This document shows, piece by piece, positions 50,382-61,108 of a DNA stretch of 64,000 nt; the first letter of the stretch is position 1, and the number at the start of each line of letters is the position of its first letter. Position numbers and translations under genes: made by a program. Under the pieces are notes generated by a model. The model had not been told where the DNA came from and made no database searches. It saw only the letters and a list, made by a program, of their open reading frames with translations. The stretch is taken from contig CAXWPH010000015.1 of assembly GCA_963666055.2 (NCBI GenBank), positions 64,001 to 128,000 of the forward strand, in the 5' to 3' direction. The stretch is from Acidobacteriota bacterium (GTDB lineage: Bacteria > Acidobacteriota > UBA890 > WLXD01).

Positions 50382-51605
50382 ATGCGGGGACGCATCATCT
50401 GGTCGATCGTTGTCCTGTCCGCGTTGCCGGTTGCGAGCATCGGTCAGGATCAGGCGGCCTCTGTTACGGCTTTCGAGATCAGCGTCGACGACGAGGTTCT
50501 CGACGATCTCCGACAGCGCCTCGAGCGCACCCGCTTTCCGGATCAGATCAGTGGGGCGGGCTGGGACTACGGTACCGAGCTCGGATACCTGCGTGAGCTG
50601 ATCGGATACTGGCTCACCGAGTACGACTGGCGTCAGCAGGAGCGCCGGCTCAACCGCTTCGACCAATTCACCACCGAGATCGACGACCTGCGAGTTCACT
50701 TCATCCATCAGCGCTCGAAGGAATCCGACGCGATGCCGCTGGTGATCACCCATGGTTGGCCGGGGTCGGTCTTCGAGTTCGCCAAGATCATCGGACCGCT
50801 GACCGATCCGGTTGCCTACGGGGGCCGTGCCGAGGACGCGTTTCATGTGATCTGCCCCTCGATACCCGGCTACGGCTTCTCCGGGAAGCCCAACGAGAGG
50901 GGGTTCAACAGCGGGCGGATGGGCCAGGTCGTCGCCCAGCTGATGGCACGCCTCGGCTACGAGCGTTACGGCGTTCAGGGAGGAGACTGGGGCTCATCGG
51001 TGAGCGCTTGGCTGGGTCGCAACGAGCCCGATCACGTTGCCGGCGTGCACCTGAACTTCATCTGGATCGGACCACCCGCCGGCGCCGAAGACCCCGACGC
51101 AAGTCTCTCCGGTCGGGAGATCGAGTGGTTGGAGCGGCGCCAGGTCTGGTTGAGCGAAGAATGGGGCTATGGCCAGATCCAAGGCACCAAGCCGCAGACG
51201 CTTGGCTACGCCCTCAACGACTCTCCGGCCGGGCTGGCCGCCTGGCTGGTCGAGAAATTCCGCCGCTGGAGTGATAGCGACGGCAATGTGGAGAGCAGAT
51301 TCAGCAAGGATGAGCTGATCACCAACGTCATGCTCTACTGGGTGACGGAGTCGATCACTTCCTCCGTGCGGCTCTACTATGAAGGGAGGCACTCAGTGAG
51401 CCCGGGAGTGGATGGGCCGGTGGAGGTCCCCACCGCGTACGCCGTGTTCCCCAAGGAGGTTGTGCTGTCGCCGCGAAGCTGGGTCGAGGCCCGTTACAAC
51501 ATCACGCGCTGGACCGAGATGCCACGCGGCGGCCACTTCGCCGCGCTCGAAGAGCCCGAGCTGCTCGTCGACGATATCCGCGCCTTCTTCCGACAGCTCC
51601 GCTGA
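50382..51605 (+). CDS. Epoxide hydrolase (EHN-type alpha/beta hydrolase)
   Basis: YDWRQQE, HGWPGS, PSIPGYGFS, QGGDWG, GGHFAALEEP. Confidence 0.92.
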   Translation: MRGRIIWSIVVLSALPVASIGQDQAASVTAFEISVDDEVLDDLRQRLERTRFPDQISGAGWDYGTELGYLRELIGYWLTEYDWRQQERRLNRFDQFTTEIDDLRVHFIHQRSKESDAMPLVITHGWPGSVFEFAKIIGPLTDPVAYGGRAEDAFHVICPSIPGYGFSGKPNERGFNSGRMGQVVAQLMARLGYERYGVQGGDWGSSVSAWLGRNEPDHVAGVHLNFIWIGPPAGAEDPDASLSGREIEWLERRQVWLSEEWGYGQIQGTKPQTLGYALNDSPAGLAAWLVEKFRRWSDSDGNVESRFSKDELITNVMLYWVTESITSSVRLYYEGRHSVSPGVDGPVEVPTAYAVFPKEVVLSPRSWVEARYNITRWTEMPRGGHFAALEEPELLVDDIRAFFRQLR

Positions 51606-51683
51606 TCGACGTCGCCCGAGCGCCCGAGTCGATCCATCGCGATCAGCGGACCGCACGGAGCGGAGGTCGAGGGATCCACTGAG

Positions 51684-53903
51684 TCATACCGTAGAACCCT
51701 CCGCTCTATGCGCGACGCTACGGGCCTTTAACTGTCTGCGACGCGAATGGAGCACGGTCTCGGTGTAGCCGTTGGGCTCGTCCCGACCCTTCAGGACCAA
51801 ATCCAGCGCCGCCTGGAACTCCACGCTGGCTTCAAGGTCCGGGGTCATCGGCGTGTACGCCGGATCCTCGGCATTCTGCCGGTCGACGACCGCGGCCATC
51901 CTCTCGAAAGTAACGACGACCTGGTCCTGGGTAACCACCGCATGGTGAAGCCAGTTGGCAATGTGCTGGCTAGAGATTCGGAGGGTGGCGCGATCCTCCA
52001 TCAGCCCCACTTCACCAATATCCGGTACCTTGGAACAGCCGATCCCCTGTCCGACCCAGCGGACGACGTAGCCGAGAATGCCCTGCGCGTTGTTGTCCAG
52101 CTCCTGCTGGATCTCCTCGTCGGTCAGTCGGCGGCTACCGAGAAGCGGTGGCGTGAGGATGGCGCCCAGGTCGGCGCGGGCGCGGGCGGCTATCGCCGCC
52201 TGGACCTCCCGTACGTTCACTCGGTGGTAGTGCAGCGCATGCAGCGTCGCGGCGGTCGGCGAGGGCACCCATGCGGTGTTGGCGCCCGACGCCGGGTGCT
52301 CGCCCTTTGTCTCGACCATTGCACTCATCAGATCGGGCATCGCCCACATGCCTTTACCGATCTGACCCCGCCCAGGAAGGCCACATTCGATGCCCACGTC
52401 GACGTTCCAATCCTCGTACGCCAGCATCCACGGGCAGCTCTTGATCTCCGGCTTCGGGATCATCGGCCCGGCCTGCATGCTGGTGTGGATCTCGTCACCG
52501 GTGCGATCAAGGAATCCCGTGTTGATGAAGATCACCCGATCCTTGGCGGCGCGAATGCACTCCTTGAGATTCACCGTGGTGCGCCGCTCCTCGTCCATGA
52601 TCCCGATCTTGATCGTCGTGGGCGGCAGCTCGAGCGCTTGCTCGACACGATCGAACAGCTCGACCGTGGCGGCCACCTCCTCGGGCCCGTGGAGCTTGGG
52701 CTTGACGATGTAGATGCTGCCGGTGCGGCTGTTGCGCACCGGGCTGTTTCCGTTCACATCGTGAATGGCGGCGAAAGCGGTGATCAGCGCGTCGAGGAAC
52801 CCCTCGGGGATCGCCTCCCCCGCCGTGGTCGTCACCGCGTCGGTGTACATGTGGATCCCGACATTTCGCACCAACAGCAGGCTGCGCCCGGGCAAGGTGA
52901 GCATGCCGCCAGGCGCGGCTCGATACGTTCGATCGGGATTGAGCCGGCGGGTAACCGGCTCGAGGTTCTTCGTGAAGGATGCCTCGAGGGAGCCCTTCAT
53001 GATCCCGAGCCAATTGCGATAGACGACCACCTTGTCGGCCGCATCGACGGCGGCAACGGAATCCTCGCAGTCCTGGATTGTCGTGACGGCGCTCTCCAGC
53101 TGCACGTCGCTCACACCCGCCGGATGCGCTGCCCCGACCGGATGGCTGCGATCGATGCGGATTTCAATGTGCAGTCCATTGTTGCTGAGCAGTACCGCGC
53201 TGAGGGTACCCGCCTCCTCCGTGTAGCCGACCAGCTCCGACTCTTCTGCGAGCCGCGTCTGCTGCCCGTTGGCGAGCCGAACGATCAGCCGCTTGCCGTC
53301 CTCACCGTCTTCGAGCTGAAACGCAACGGCATCAGAGTGGCTGTCCTGAGCAAGCGGAGCTACGTCATCGAGGAACTGCTCAGCCCATGCGACGACTCGG
53401 GAGCCTCTAACGACGTTGTACGCGGCCCCTTTCGTCGCCCCGTCGTCCTCGGGGATCACGTCGGTCCCGTAGAGCGCATCGTAGAGGCTTCCCCAGCGCG
53501 CGTTGGCCGCATTCAAGGCATATCGAGCGTTGTCCAGCGGCACGACGAGCTGCGGGCCGGCGATCGACGTGATCTCCGCATCGACGTTCTCGGTGGTGAT
53601 CTGGAAATCTTCGCCCTCGGGAAGCAGGTAGCCCGTAGACAGGAGGAAATCCCGGTACTCGTTCTCGTCGATAGCCTGCCCGAATCGTTCCTGATGCCAG
53701 CTGTCGAGCTGTTGCTCATGGTGGGCGCGGGCCTCCAGCAACCGGCGATTCTCCGGTCCGAGATCCTCCACGATGCGGCCGAGAGCCTTCCACACCTCGT
53801 CAGGGTCCAGCCCCGTACCAGGGGCGATCTCGGATCGAACCAAGTCGTACAGCGGCTTGGCGACGCTGAGATCGTGAACCTCGATGAAATCGCTCGCGCT
53901 CAA
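51684..53903 (-). CDS. glcB: Malate synthase G
   Basis: 739 aa; [60 protein letters not shown]. Confidence 0.97.
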   Translation of the reverse strand: MSASDFIEVHDLSVAKPLYDLVRSEIAPGTGLDPDEVWKALGRIVEDLGPENRRLLEARAHHEQQLDSWHQERFGQAIDENEYRDFLLSTGYLLPEGEDFQITTENVDAEITSIAGPQLVVPLDNARYALNAANARWGSLYDALYGTDVIPEDDGATKGAAYNVVRGSRVVAWAEQFLDDVAPLAQDSHSDAVAFQLEDGEDGKRLIVRLANGQQTRLAEESELVGYTEEAGTLSAVLLSNNGLHIEIRIDRSHPVGAAHPAGVSDVQLESAVTTIQDCEDSVAAVDAADKVVVYRNWLGIMKGSLEASFTKNLEPVTRRLNPDRTYRAAPGGMLTLPGRSLLLVRNVGIHMYTDAVTTTAGEAIPEGFLDALITAFAAIHDVNGNSPVRNSRTGSIYIVKPKLHGPEEVAATVELFDRVEQALELPPTTIKIGIMDEERRTTVNLKECIRAAKDRVIFINTGFLDRTGDEIHTSMQAGPMIPKPEIKSCPWMLAYEDWNVDVGIECGLPGRGQIGKGMWAMPDLMSAMVETKGEHPASGANTAWVPSPTAATLHALHYHRVNVREVQAAIAARARADLGAILTPPLLGSRRLTDEEIQQELDNNAQGILGYVVRWVGQGIGCSKVPDIGEVGLMEDRATLRISSQHIANWLHHAVVTQDQVVVTFERMAAVVDRQNAEDPAYTPMTPDLEASVEFQAALDLVLKGRDEPNGYTETVLHSRRRQLKARSVAHRAEGSTV

Positions 53904-54115
53904 GGATCCCTCCTGCGCTCAAGGCAACCGCGCCGGGCGTTTGCCACGCTAGATTGGAAACCTACACTGGCTGAGCACCGCCCGCCTGCGTCGAACGCAG
54001 CAGACGTCCGGACACCCGCCGAAGGCATCCTCGCCAGCCTGACTCGACTGCACCATGCTCGCCAGGGAATGAAGTACGGTTGCGCCGAGACTCGCCTCAA
54101 CAGGAGCGCACCAGC

Positions 54116-55225
54116 GTGACGATCGTGCGCGCCGTATTCCTCCTGGCCGTGATCCTCGGATTGCCCCGGGTTGCCGTGGCGCAGGGACCGCAGTACCCGA
54201 CCACCCCGAGAGGGCTCTACGAGATCGGTTGCGCGAGCTGTCATGCGCTTGACGGACGTGGCTTCGATCTGGAGAAGGTCGCTTTCAGCGACCCCCTACC
54301 CGACTTTACCGACTGCTCCTTCGGCGCGCGCGAGCCCGACGCCGACTGGATCACGGTGAGCCATCAGGGCGGCCCGTCGCGCGGCTTCAGCTCGAGCATG
54401 CCCGCCTTCGGTGAGGCCTTCTCGATGCAGCAGCTGCAGCTGATCATGGATCACCTGCGCACCTTCTGTACCGACAAGCGCTGGCCGCGTGGGGAGCTCA
54501 ATCTACCCCGGGCCCTGGTTACGGAGAAAGCGTTTCCGGAGGACGAGGCCGTCTACACGCTCGGCGTCAACACGAGCGGCGCCGGCGGCGTGCTCAACGA
54601 GATCACCTACGAGAAGCGCTTCGGACCGCGCAGCATGTGGGAGGTCATCGTGCCATTCGGCGCCCGCGAGCTCTCGGGCAAGGACGGCTGGGGCAACGTC
54701 GGTGTGGGCGATATCGCCGTCGCGGTGAAGCACACCGTTCACCATAGCGTCGAAAGCGGGTCCATCGCGGCGGTCGGCGGCGAGGTAATCCTGCCCACGG
54801 GCAGCACAGAACAGGGTCTCGGCACCGGGGTCACGAGATTCGAGCCCTTCGTCGCCTACGGCCAGATCCTGCCAAACAATCTGTTTCTGCAGCTTTTCGG
54901 GGCTGTGGAGCTCTCCACCGATCGCCAAAAGGTGTCCCACGAGGCGCTCTGGCGAGCGGTGGTCGGAGGAAGCTGGAGCCAGCGCGATTTCGGACGGACA
55001 TGGTCGCCGATGGTCGAAGTTCTCGGCAATATCGCGCTGACGGATGGTGCCAAGGTCGACTGGAGCTTGGTGCCGCAGCTGCAGATGTCGCTCAATCAGC
55101 GCCAGCACATACTGCTCAACGTCGGCGTTCGCCTGCCGCTGACCAACTCGCGCACGCGCGGCACCCAGTTGCTACTGTACGTGCTGTGGGACTGGTTCGA
55201 TGGCGGTCTTCTCGACGGCTGGTAA
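54116..55225 (+). CDS. Secreted monoheme cytochrome c fused to a putative beta-barrel domain
   Basis: Signal peptide; CASCH and distal MPAF; C-terminal beta-strands ending YVLWDWFDGGLLDGW. Confidence 0.75.
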   Translation: MTIVRAVFLLAVILGLPRVAVAQGPQYPTTPRGLYEIGCASCHALDGRGFDLEKVAFSDPLPDFTDCSFGAREPDADWITVSHQGGPSRGFSSSMPAFGEAFSMQQLQLIMDHLRTFCTDKRWPRGELNLPRALVTEKAFPEDEAVYTLGVNTSGAGGVLNEITYEKRFGPRSMWEVIVPFGARELSGKDGWGNVGVGDIAVAVKHTVHHSVESGSIAAVGGEVILPTGSTEQGLGTGVTRFEPFVAYGQILPNNLFLQLFGAVELSTDRQKVSHEALWRAVVGGSWSQRDFGRTWSPMVEVLGNIALTDGAKVDWSLVPQLQMSLNQRQHILLNVGVRLPLTNSRTRGTQLLLYVLWDWFDGGLLDGW

Positions 55226-55257
55226 GGACGCTCTGGTGAGCGTTCGCAGGCTCGTGC

Positions 55258-55983
55258 ATGGGTGCTTCGCGAAAATTCGTAGTGTTTGCGACGGTGCTCG
55301 TGTTCGTCGGCGCTGCGTTGCTGTCGAAGCCGGCAAAGGGAATCGGATCGGTCGAGGCGCCGGCGCAAGGCTCTGTCGCGGGGCACATAGCATTCACCGG
55401 CGTAGCGCCCGAACCGACGGCGGCGGCGTTGGCGGCCGATCCTTACTGTTCGTCGCAACACTCCGAAGCAATGATGCTCCGCCCGGTAGATGTCGGCGAT
55501 TCGGGCGGACTTCGCCACGTCGTCGTCTATCTGCGTGATGCCCGCGGCGGCGGCGGCAATGCGGAGGTCGTGTTCGATCAGAAGGGCTGCGTGTACACGC
55601 CCCACGTGCTGCGGGCCACCGTGGGTCAAACGGTGGTGTTTCGCAATAGCGACCAGACGTTGCACAGCATCCACGTGCGACCGACCGCCAGCCCCGAATT
55701 CAACGTTGGCCAGCCGCTCCAGGGCATGGAGACGCGGCGCGTCTTCAACAGCCCGGAGATCGGTATTCCGATTCGCTGCGACGTGCACCCGTGGATGACG
55801 GCGTTCCTGAGCGTGTTCGGCCATCCGTACCACGCCACCACCGACGACGACGGCAACTTCACCATCGACCAGATCCCGGATGGGTCATACGTCATCGAGG
55901 CGCGGCATGAAGTGCTAGGCACGCTAACCCGGGAGATCATCATCTCCGGCGGACGCACGACGGTGACGTTCGAGTTCAGCTGA
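55258..55983 (+). CDS. Cupredoxin-like protein with carboxypeptidase-regulatory-like domain
   Basis: DQKGCVYTPHV, NSDQTLHSIH, RCDVHPWM, TDDDGNFTIDQIPDGSY. Confidence 0.8.
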   Translation: MGASRKFVVFATVLVFVGAALLSKPAKGIGSVEAPAQGSVAGHIAFTGVAPEPTAAALAADPYCSSQHSEAMMLRPVDVGDSGGLRHVVVYLRDARGGGGNAEVVFDQKGCVYTPHVLRATVGQTVVFRNSDQTLHSIHVRPTASPEFNVGQPLQGMETRRVFNSPEIGIPIRCDVHPWMTAFLSVFGHPYHATTDDDGNFTIDQIPDGSYVIEARHEVLGTLTREIIISGGRTTVTFEFS

Positions 55984-56077
55984 CCTCGAGCGGATCCTGC
56001 GCGGTTTGAAGCGGCATCACGAAACTAGACGTGCCAGAAGCTGTCCGCAGCGTGAGGGGGCGGCTTAGAATCGCCAC

Positions 56078-58378
56078 ATGTCCCGGTTCCGCTTGGCGCT
56101 ATTGCTGCTATTGGCCGGAAGCCCCATCGCTCCGGGGCTCGCCGAACCGTGGATTCAGCTCCCGGCAAACGCGGCGAGCCCCGCTGAAGGCGGCGGAAGA
56201 GTCGTCCGTGCTCTGGCTGCTCAACAGCAGCCGGTCTCCTCCGGCCACGCCAGCATGGTGGCGTTGCTGGCAGAAATCGGCCGCACGAAGCCCCTCGGCT
56301 TCCAAGAAGCAGCGGTTGTCGAAAGGCTGCGGAGGGAGCTCGCCGCAACGGTCGGCCGTGCCTCGTCGCTCGAGCGAGCGGCAAGGCTCAGCAGGCTCGG
56401 TGCGTTTGAGCTTCGTATCGATGTTCGTGGCGGAATCGAACGTCTCGAGCAGGTGGCCGAGTTGCTCCCGGGGCTGTCGGGCCCAGAACGGGCTTCGGTG
56501 GGACCGAACATCGACTTCTGGCTGGCAGTGGGGTATCTGCGCGAGGCGATGACATCGAACTGCGTGGGACTGCGTATCGACAACGGCTGTGTTCTCGCGG
56601 CCGGGCCATCCGGAGTGCATCGAGAGGTGGAGCCGGCCGAGGCGGCGCTAGGTCATCTGGTGCGGCTCCTGCGGAACACCCCGCCGCAGCATGCGCTTCA
56701 TCTCACCGCCAAATGGCTCGCCAACATCGCGTCCATGCAGCTTGGCCGATATCCGGGCGGCGTCCCCGAGGGATTGGCAATCAGCCCGACGGTGTTCGAA
56801 GCGGATGAAGGTTTTCCGCGCTTCGAGAACGTCGCCGCGCCGGCGGGCCTCGACACCTACGACCATGCCGGCGGCGCCATCGTCGACGACTTCGACAACG
56901 ACGGCTATCTCGACGTCGTGTCCTCGACGCTGGATTCTAACGGTCAGCTCCGCTTCTTCCGCAACCAGGGCGATGGCTCGTTTGCCGAGCTCACGGAAAG
57001 CGCAAACCTCGTCGGCATCTTCGGCGGGCTCAACATCAACCAAGCGGACTACGACAACGACGGTGATCTCGACGTCCTGGTGCTACGCGGCGCCTGGCTG
57101 GAGGCCGACGGACGCATGCCGAACTCGCTGCTACGCAACAACGGCGACCTGAGCTTCACCGACGTGACCTTCGAGGCCGGCCTGGCAGACCCTCGCTATC
57201 CGACGCAGACCGCCGGGTGGGCCGACTACGACAACGACGGCGACCTCGATCTGTTCGTGGGCAACGAGTCGAGCGATGCTCAGGTAAGCCCGTCACAGCT
57301 GTTCCGCAACAACGGCAACGGCACGTTCACCGACGTCGCGGAGAGCGCCGGCGTGCACAACCTGCGGCGCGCCAAGGGCGTCGCCTGGGGCGACTACAAC
57401 GGCGACCGCTTTGCCGACCTCTACGTATCGAACCTGGACGGCGACAACCGCCTTTACCGCAACGATCGCGACGGCACATTCACCGACGTGGCGCCCGAGC
57501 TCGGGGTTGTAGAGCCGATGTCGGGATTCTCGACCTGGTTCTGGGACGTCGATAACGACGGCGCTCTCGACTTGCTGGTGAACAACTACGGGGTTCCGGA
57601 CGGGCACCGGGGGCCGCGCGTCGCCCCGGCGGCGGCAAGCGTGATGCACGAAGCTGGTGCCACCAAGATTCCCCGCCTCTATCTGGGCGACGGCCAAGGC
57701 GGCTTCCGGGAGGTGGCGGTGCAATACGGCATCGGCCAGTCGACGTTGCCGATGGGCTCGAACTTCGGCGATCTCGACAACGACGGCTACCTGGACTACT
57801 TCCTCGGCACCGGCTACCCGGGCTACGAGGCTCTGCTGCCCAATGTGATGTACCGGAGCGTGCGCGGAGAGCGCTTCAGCAACGTCACCTATGCAGGTGG
57901 CTTCGGTCACCTCGCCAAGGGCCACGCGGTCGCCTTCGCCGATATTGACAACGACGGCGACCAGGACGTCTTCGAGCAACTCGGGGGCATCTATCCGCAG
58001 GACGCCTACTTCAACGCCCTGTACGAGAATCCCGGCTTCGGCAACCACTGGATCGCCATCAAGCTCGTCGGCACGCAATCGAACCGCGCCGCCATCGGTG
58101 CGCGCATCCGCCTCGAGGTCGAGTCAAACGGGCTCCGGCGCTCGATTTACCGACACATCGGCAGCGGTAGCAGCTTCGGCGCCAACCCGCTGCGTGCCGA
58201 AATCGGTCTGGGAGCAGCCTCGAGCGTGGAACTCCTCGAGGTCTACTGGCCGACCAGCGGACAGACGCAGACCTTTCATGATGTGCTCGCCGACCGATTC
58301 ATCCGTATCACCGAGAGCAACGATCGGATCGAGGAGATGGCACGGCGCTCTTTCAAGCTCGGCAGCAGCGAGCGCTGA
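56078..58378 (+). CDS. CRTAC1-family protein (FG-GAP repeats + ASPIC/UnbV)
   Basis: Multiple D-x-DNDG-x-LD repeats; SNRAAIGARI; EIGLG; VYWP. Confidence 0.9.
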   Translation: MSRFRLALLLLLAGSPIAPGLAEPWIQLPANAASPAEGGGRVVRALAAQQQPVSSGHASMVALLAEIGRTKPLGFQEAAVVERLRRELAATVGRASSLERAARLSRLGAFELRIDVRGGIERLEQVAELLPGLSGPERASVGPNIDFWLAVGYLREAMTSNCVGLRIDNGCVLAAGPSGVHREVEPAEAALGHLVRLLRNTPPQHALHLTAKWLANIASMQLGRYPGGVPEGLAISPTVFEADEGFPRFENVAAPAGLDTYDHAGGAIVDDFDNDGYLDVVSSTLDSNGQLRFFRNQGDGSFAELTESANLVGIFGGLNINQADYDNDGDLDVLVLRGAWLEADGRMPNSLLRNNGDLSFTDVTFEAGLADPRYPTQTAGWADYDNDGDLDLFVGNESSDAQVSPSQLFRNNGNGTFTDVAESAGVHNLRRAKGVAWGDYNGDRFADLYVSNLDGDNRLYRNDRDGTFTDVAPELGVVEPMSGFSTWFWDVDNDGALDLLVNNYGVPDGHRGPRVAPAAASVMHEAGATKIPRLYLGDGQGGFREVAVQYGIGQSTLPMGSNFGDLDNDGYLDYFLGTGYPGYEALLPNVMYRSVRGERFSNVTYAGGFGHLAKGHAVAFADIDNDGDQDVFEQLGGIYPQDAYFNALYENPGFGNHWIAIKLVGTQSNRAAIGARIRLEVESNGLRRSIYRHIGSGSSFGANPLRAEIGLGAASSVELLEVYWPTSGQTQTFHDVLADRFIRITESNDRIEEMARRSFKLGSSER

Positions 58379-58391
58379 GCTGCGGGCGGGC

Positions 58392-59635
58392 CTACGGCTC
58401 CGCTTTGCCCAACTCCTCGTCGTACAGCTCCTCCTCGTACACGCTCGACGCCGTCTGCACCGACGCCAGGGCATCGGTGAACGCGGCTCGCTCCGACGGC
58501 GGCGCACGCCGTAGCGTACGGAACATCAGGTAGACGCCGAAGATGACGTTGACACAGCCGGTAAACAGGTAGAGGCTCCCGGGCGCCAGCCAGGTCATCA
58601 TTGCGGAGGCAATGAAGGGCCCGATGACCGCTCCGATTCCGTACATCAGCAACAGGCCGCTCGAGACCGGGACGTACTCGTCGGGCTCGGCATAGTCGTT
58701 GGCGTGGGCCGCCGATATCGAGTACATGGGGAAGGACACGGCTCCCCAGACGGCTGCGAGCCCGATGATGCCCAGCATCGTTAGCTGCTGCGCCATGAGC
58801 CACATTGCCGCACCGGTGGCGGCCGCCACAAGCGTGATCACCGCCAGCACCAGGCGTCGATCAACACGATCAGACCAGCGGCCGAGAGGCCACTGACCGA
58901 CGGCACCGCCAAGCACGCTGGCGGTCATGAACCACGCCGCCAGGCCCACATCAGACGAATACGCGGCGGTAAATACTGGCGCCAGCGACCAGAACGCGCC
59001 GGCGGAGAATCCGGCAGCAAGAGCGCCGGTCATGCCGGCCGGAGAAAGCCTGTACAGAGACGGGATGTCGAGCTTGACGGAAACGGGCTGCGGCGGCGTG
59101 GAGGAACTGGAGAGCACCACCGGCACAGCGGCCAACGAGACCAGCGCCGAAGCGATCGCGAACAGCGCCATGCGATGCGGATCGTAGAGCAGTAGCATCT
59201 GCGCCCGACGGCGAGAACAGTCAGGGTGATCAGGACATAGAACACCGTGCCCCGCGTCTCATTGGTAGCGTGCTCGTTGAGCCAGCTCTCGATAACCACG
59301 TACAGCACCGCAAAGCAGTAGCCGGAGACCACCCGCAACACCGTCCACGTCCAGACGACCGTCCAAAGTCCGTGCAACAGCGGCACCGCAGAGGCCATCG
59401 CGGTCATCGCAGCGAATACCCGAACGTGGCCCACCCGGCGCACCAGGTCGCCGCCGCGCAAGCAGCCAAAGGTGAACCCCAGGAAATACGCCCCACCCAT
59501 CAGGCCGATGGACACGGTCGAGAAATGCTCGAGCGACGCCCTGACGGGAATCAGCACGCTTTGCAGGCCCTGGCCAGCGAGCAGAATCGCCACACCGAAC
59601 AGCAACGTTGCAACAGGAGCGATAGCGCGAATCAA
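58392..59635 (-). pseudogene. YcaD-like MFS transporter with a frameshift
   Basis: RRVGHVRVFA, VVIESWLNE, QWPLGRWSDRVDRR; frame shifts near 59200-59206 (G-Q-M with 2 extra nt). Confidence 0.8.
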
Positions 59636-59638
59636 AGC

Positions 59639-59890
59639 TCAACCGTGCCGGTCGTGACTCTCTTCGTATTTGCGCTGCTCGATGGCGCGATCCGTGGCGA
59701 GCGCCCGGTCACGCTTCTTGGCGGCTCGCATGGCCATGCGGTGTGTGCCTTCGGAGTGCACCGATGGCGAGGAGATCAAGCGCTCGAGGTCTCGGCTTGC
59801 GCAGGACGGGCACTCGAGCGTCGTGTTCACCAACACGAGGATCTCGAAGCTGTCGCTACATGCATTGCAGGAGTATTCGTAGATCGGCAT
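59639..59890 (-). CDS. FmdB-family zinc ribbon protein
   Basis: MPIYEYSCNACSDSFE..CPSCAS..LERLIS. Confidence 0.9.
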   Translation of the reverse strand: MPIYEYSCNACSDSFEILVLVNTTLECPSCASRDLERLISSPSVHSEGTHRMAMRAAKKRDRALATDRAIEQRKYEESHDRHG

Positions 59891-60006
59891 CGTCGGCTCC
59901 CGTCCTTCAATCCTCCGATTCTCGCACGTTGCGTGATCGGCGGCGGGTGTCGCAGTGCCACCTCCTTCACGCTCTCTCCGGCGTCGAGTCCGGCTCCCTC
60001 CGGCGG

Positions 60007-61044
60007 TTACTGGAAAGCCGGCATTACCTCATCGATGAACAGTCGTAACGACGTCTTCTGCTCCGGCATCGGGCAGCCGTAGCTGGCGCAGTAACAGAAG
60101 TAGTCGACACCGAGCGCCTCGTAGGGTCTCAGCTTCTCGATCACCTGGTCGGGAGACCCGAAGATAAGGTTCTCGAGCAACACCTCGGGCTCGTACTCGG
60201 CGCGGTTCCTGAGCTTCTCGAACGGCACCGCCTCGGGGAATCCCTCTACCACCGGCGCTAGCTGCCCGAACAGGTTCTCGAACTGGCCCCCCTGCAGGAT
60301 AACCGCATTGACATACGTGTCGGCGTCCTCGGGCCGCTCGTAGACGGCGGCGTGGCGCATGGTCATGAAGCGAGGTCGCTCTGCTTCAGGATGGTTGGCC
60401 AGTGCATCCTCGAAGCGACCCATGTAGGCCTCGACCTCGGCAAACGGGCGCGTCAGCGCCCAGGTCATCACACTGCAATTATTTTTGACCGCCGAATCGA
60501 AGGTCGACGGGTGGCGCGCCGCCACCCACAGCGGAGGATGCGGCTTCTGCAGCGGCTTGGGGCACGACGTGGTGGCGGGAAACGACCAGTACTCTCCCTC
60601 ATGCGCGTAGTCACCCTGCCACAGGGCCCTCAGCGCCGGCATCATCTCGAGCATCATCGGTACGCCCTGATTCAGGTCGATGCCATCGATAATGCGATCG
60701 AACTCGCGCTGGTAGGCGCCCTTGCCGATGCCGAGCTCCAGGCGACCGCCGGAGAGCAGATCGATCATCGCCGCCTCACCGGCCAGCTTGATCGGATGCC
60801 AGTAGGGGGCGACGACCACGGCGGTGCCGAGGCGAATGCGTGAGGTGTGGGCGGCAAAGTGCGCCAGCAGCTGGAAGGGGCCTGGGGCGATAGTCATCTC
60901 GATGGCGTGGTGCTCGGCGGCCCAGACAATGTCGAAGCCACCGACATCCGCCATCTGCACCATCTCGGTGACGTGACGCGCCACTTCGCGCATGTCCTCG
61001 TCCGGGTGCATGCGCTCCATGTTGATCACCAGGGTAAATCGCAC
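60007..61044 (-). CDS. Luciferase-like flavin monooxygenase (TgnB-like)
   Basis: MER..GG..W.AEHH..TIAP.P; APYWHPIKLAGEAAM; KPLQKPHPPLWVAAR; FIDEVMPAF. Confidence 0.85.
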   Translation of the reverse strand: MRFTLVINMERMHPDEDMREVARHVTEMVQMADVGGFDIVWAAEHHAIEMTIAPGPFQLLAHFAAHTSRIRLGTAVVVAPYWHPIKLAGEAAMIDLLSGGRLELGIGKGAYQREFDRIIDGIDLNQGVPMMLEMMPALRALWQGDYAHEGEYWSFPATTSCPKPLQKPHPPLWVAARHPSTFDSAVKNNCSVMTWALTRPFAEVEAYMGRFEDALANHPEAERPRFMTMRHAAVYERPEDADTYVNAVILQGGQFENLFGQLAPVVEGFPEAVPFEKLRNRAEYEPEVLLENLIFGSPDQVIEKLRPYEALGVDYFCYCASYGCPMPEQKTSLRLFIDEVMPAFQ

Positions 61045-61108
61045 CTATGTCCCTCCGACTGTGGCAGAAACCGATCGAGCCACCAGCACCGATCCGCCTG
61101 ACTCGAGC

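Noticed and set aside
51747-54119. 790-aa plus-strand ORF (and similar long antisense ORFs such as 1989-3371 and 42466-43827)
   Set aside because: Shadow frames of well-supported genes in high-GC DNA, with no recognisable motifs
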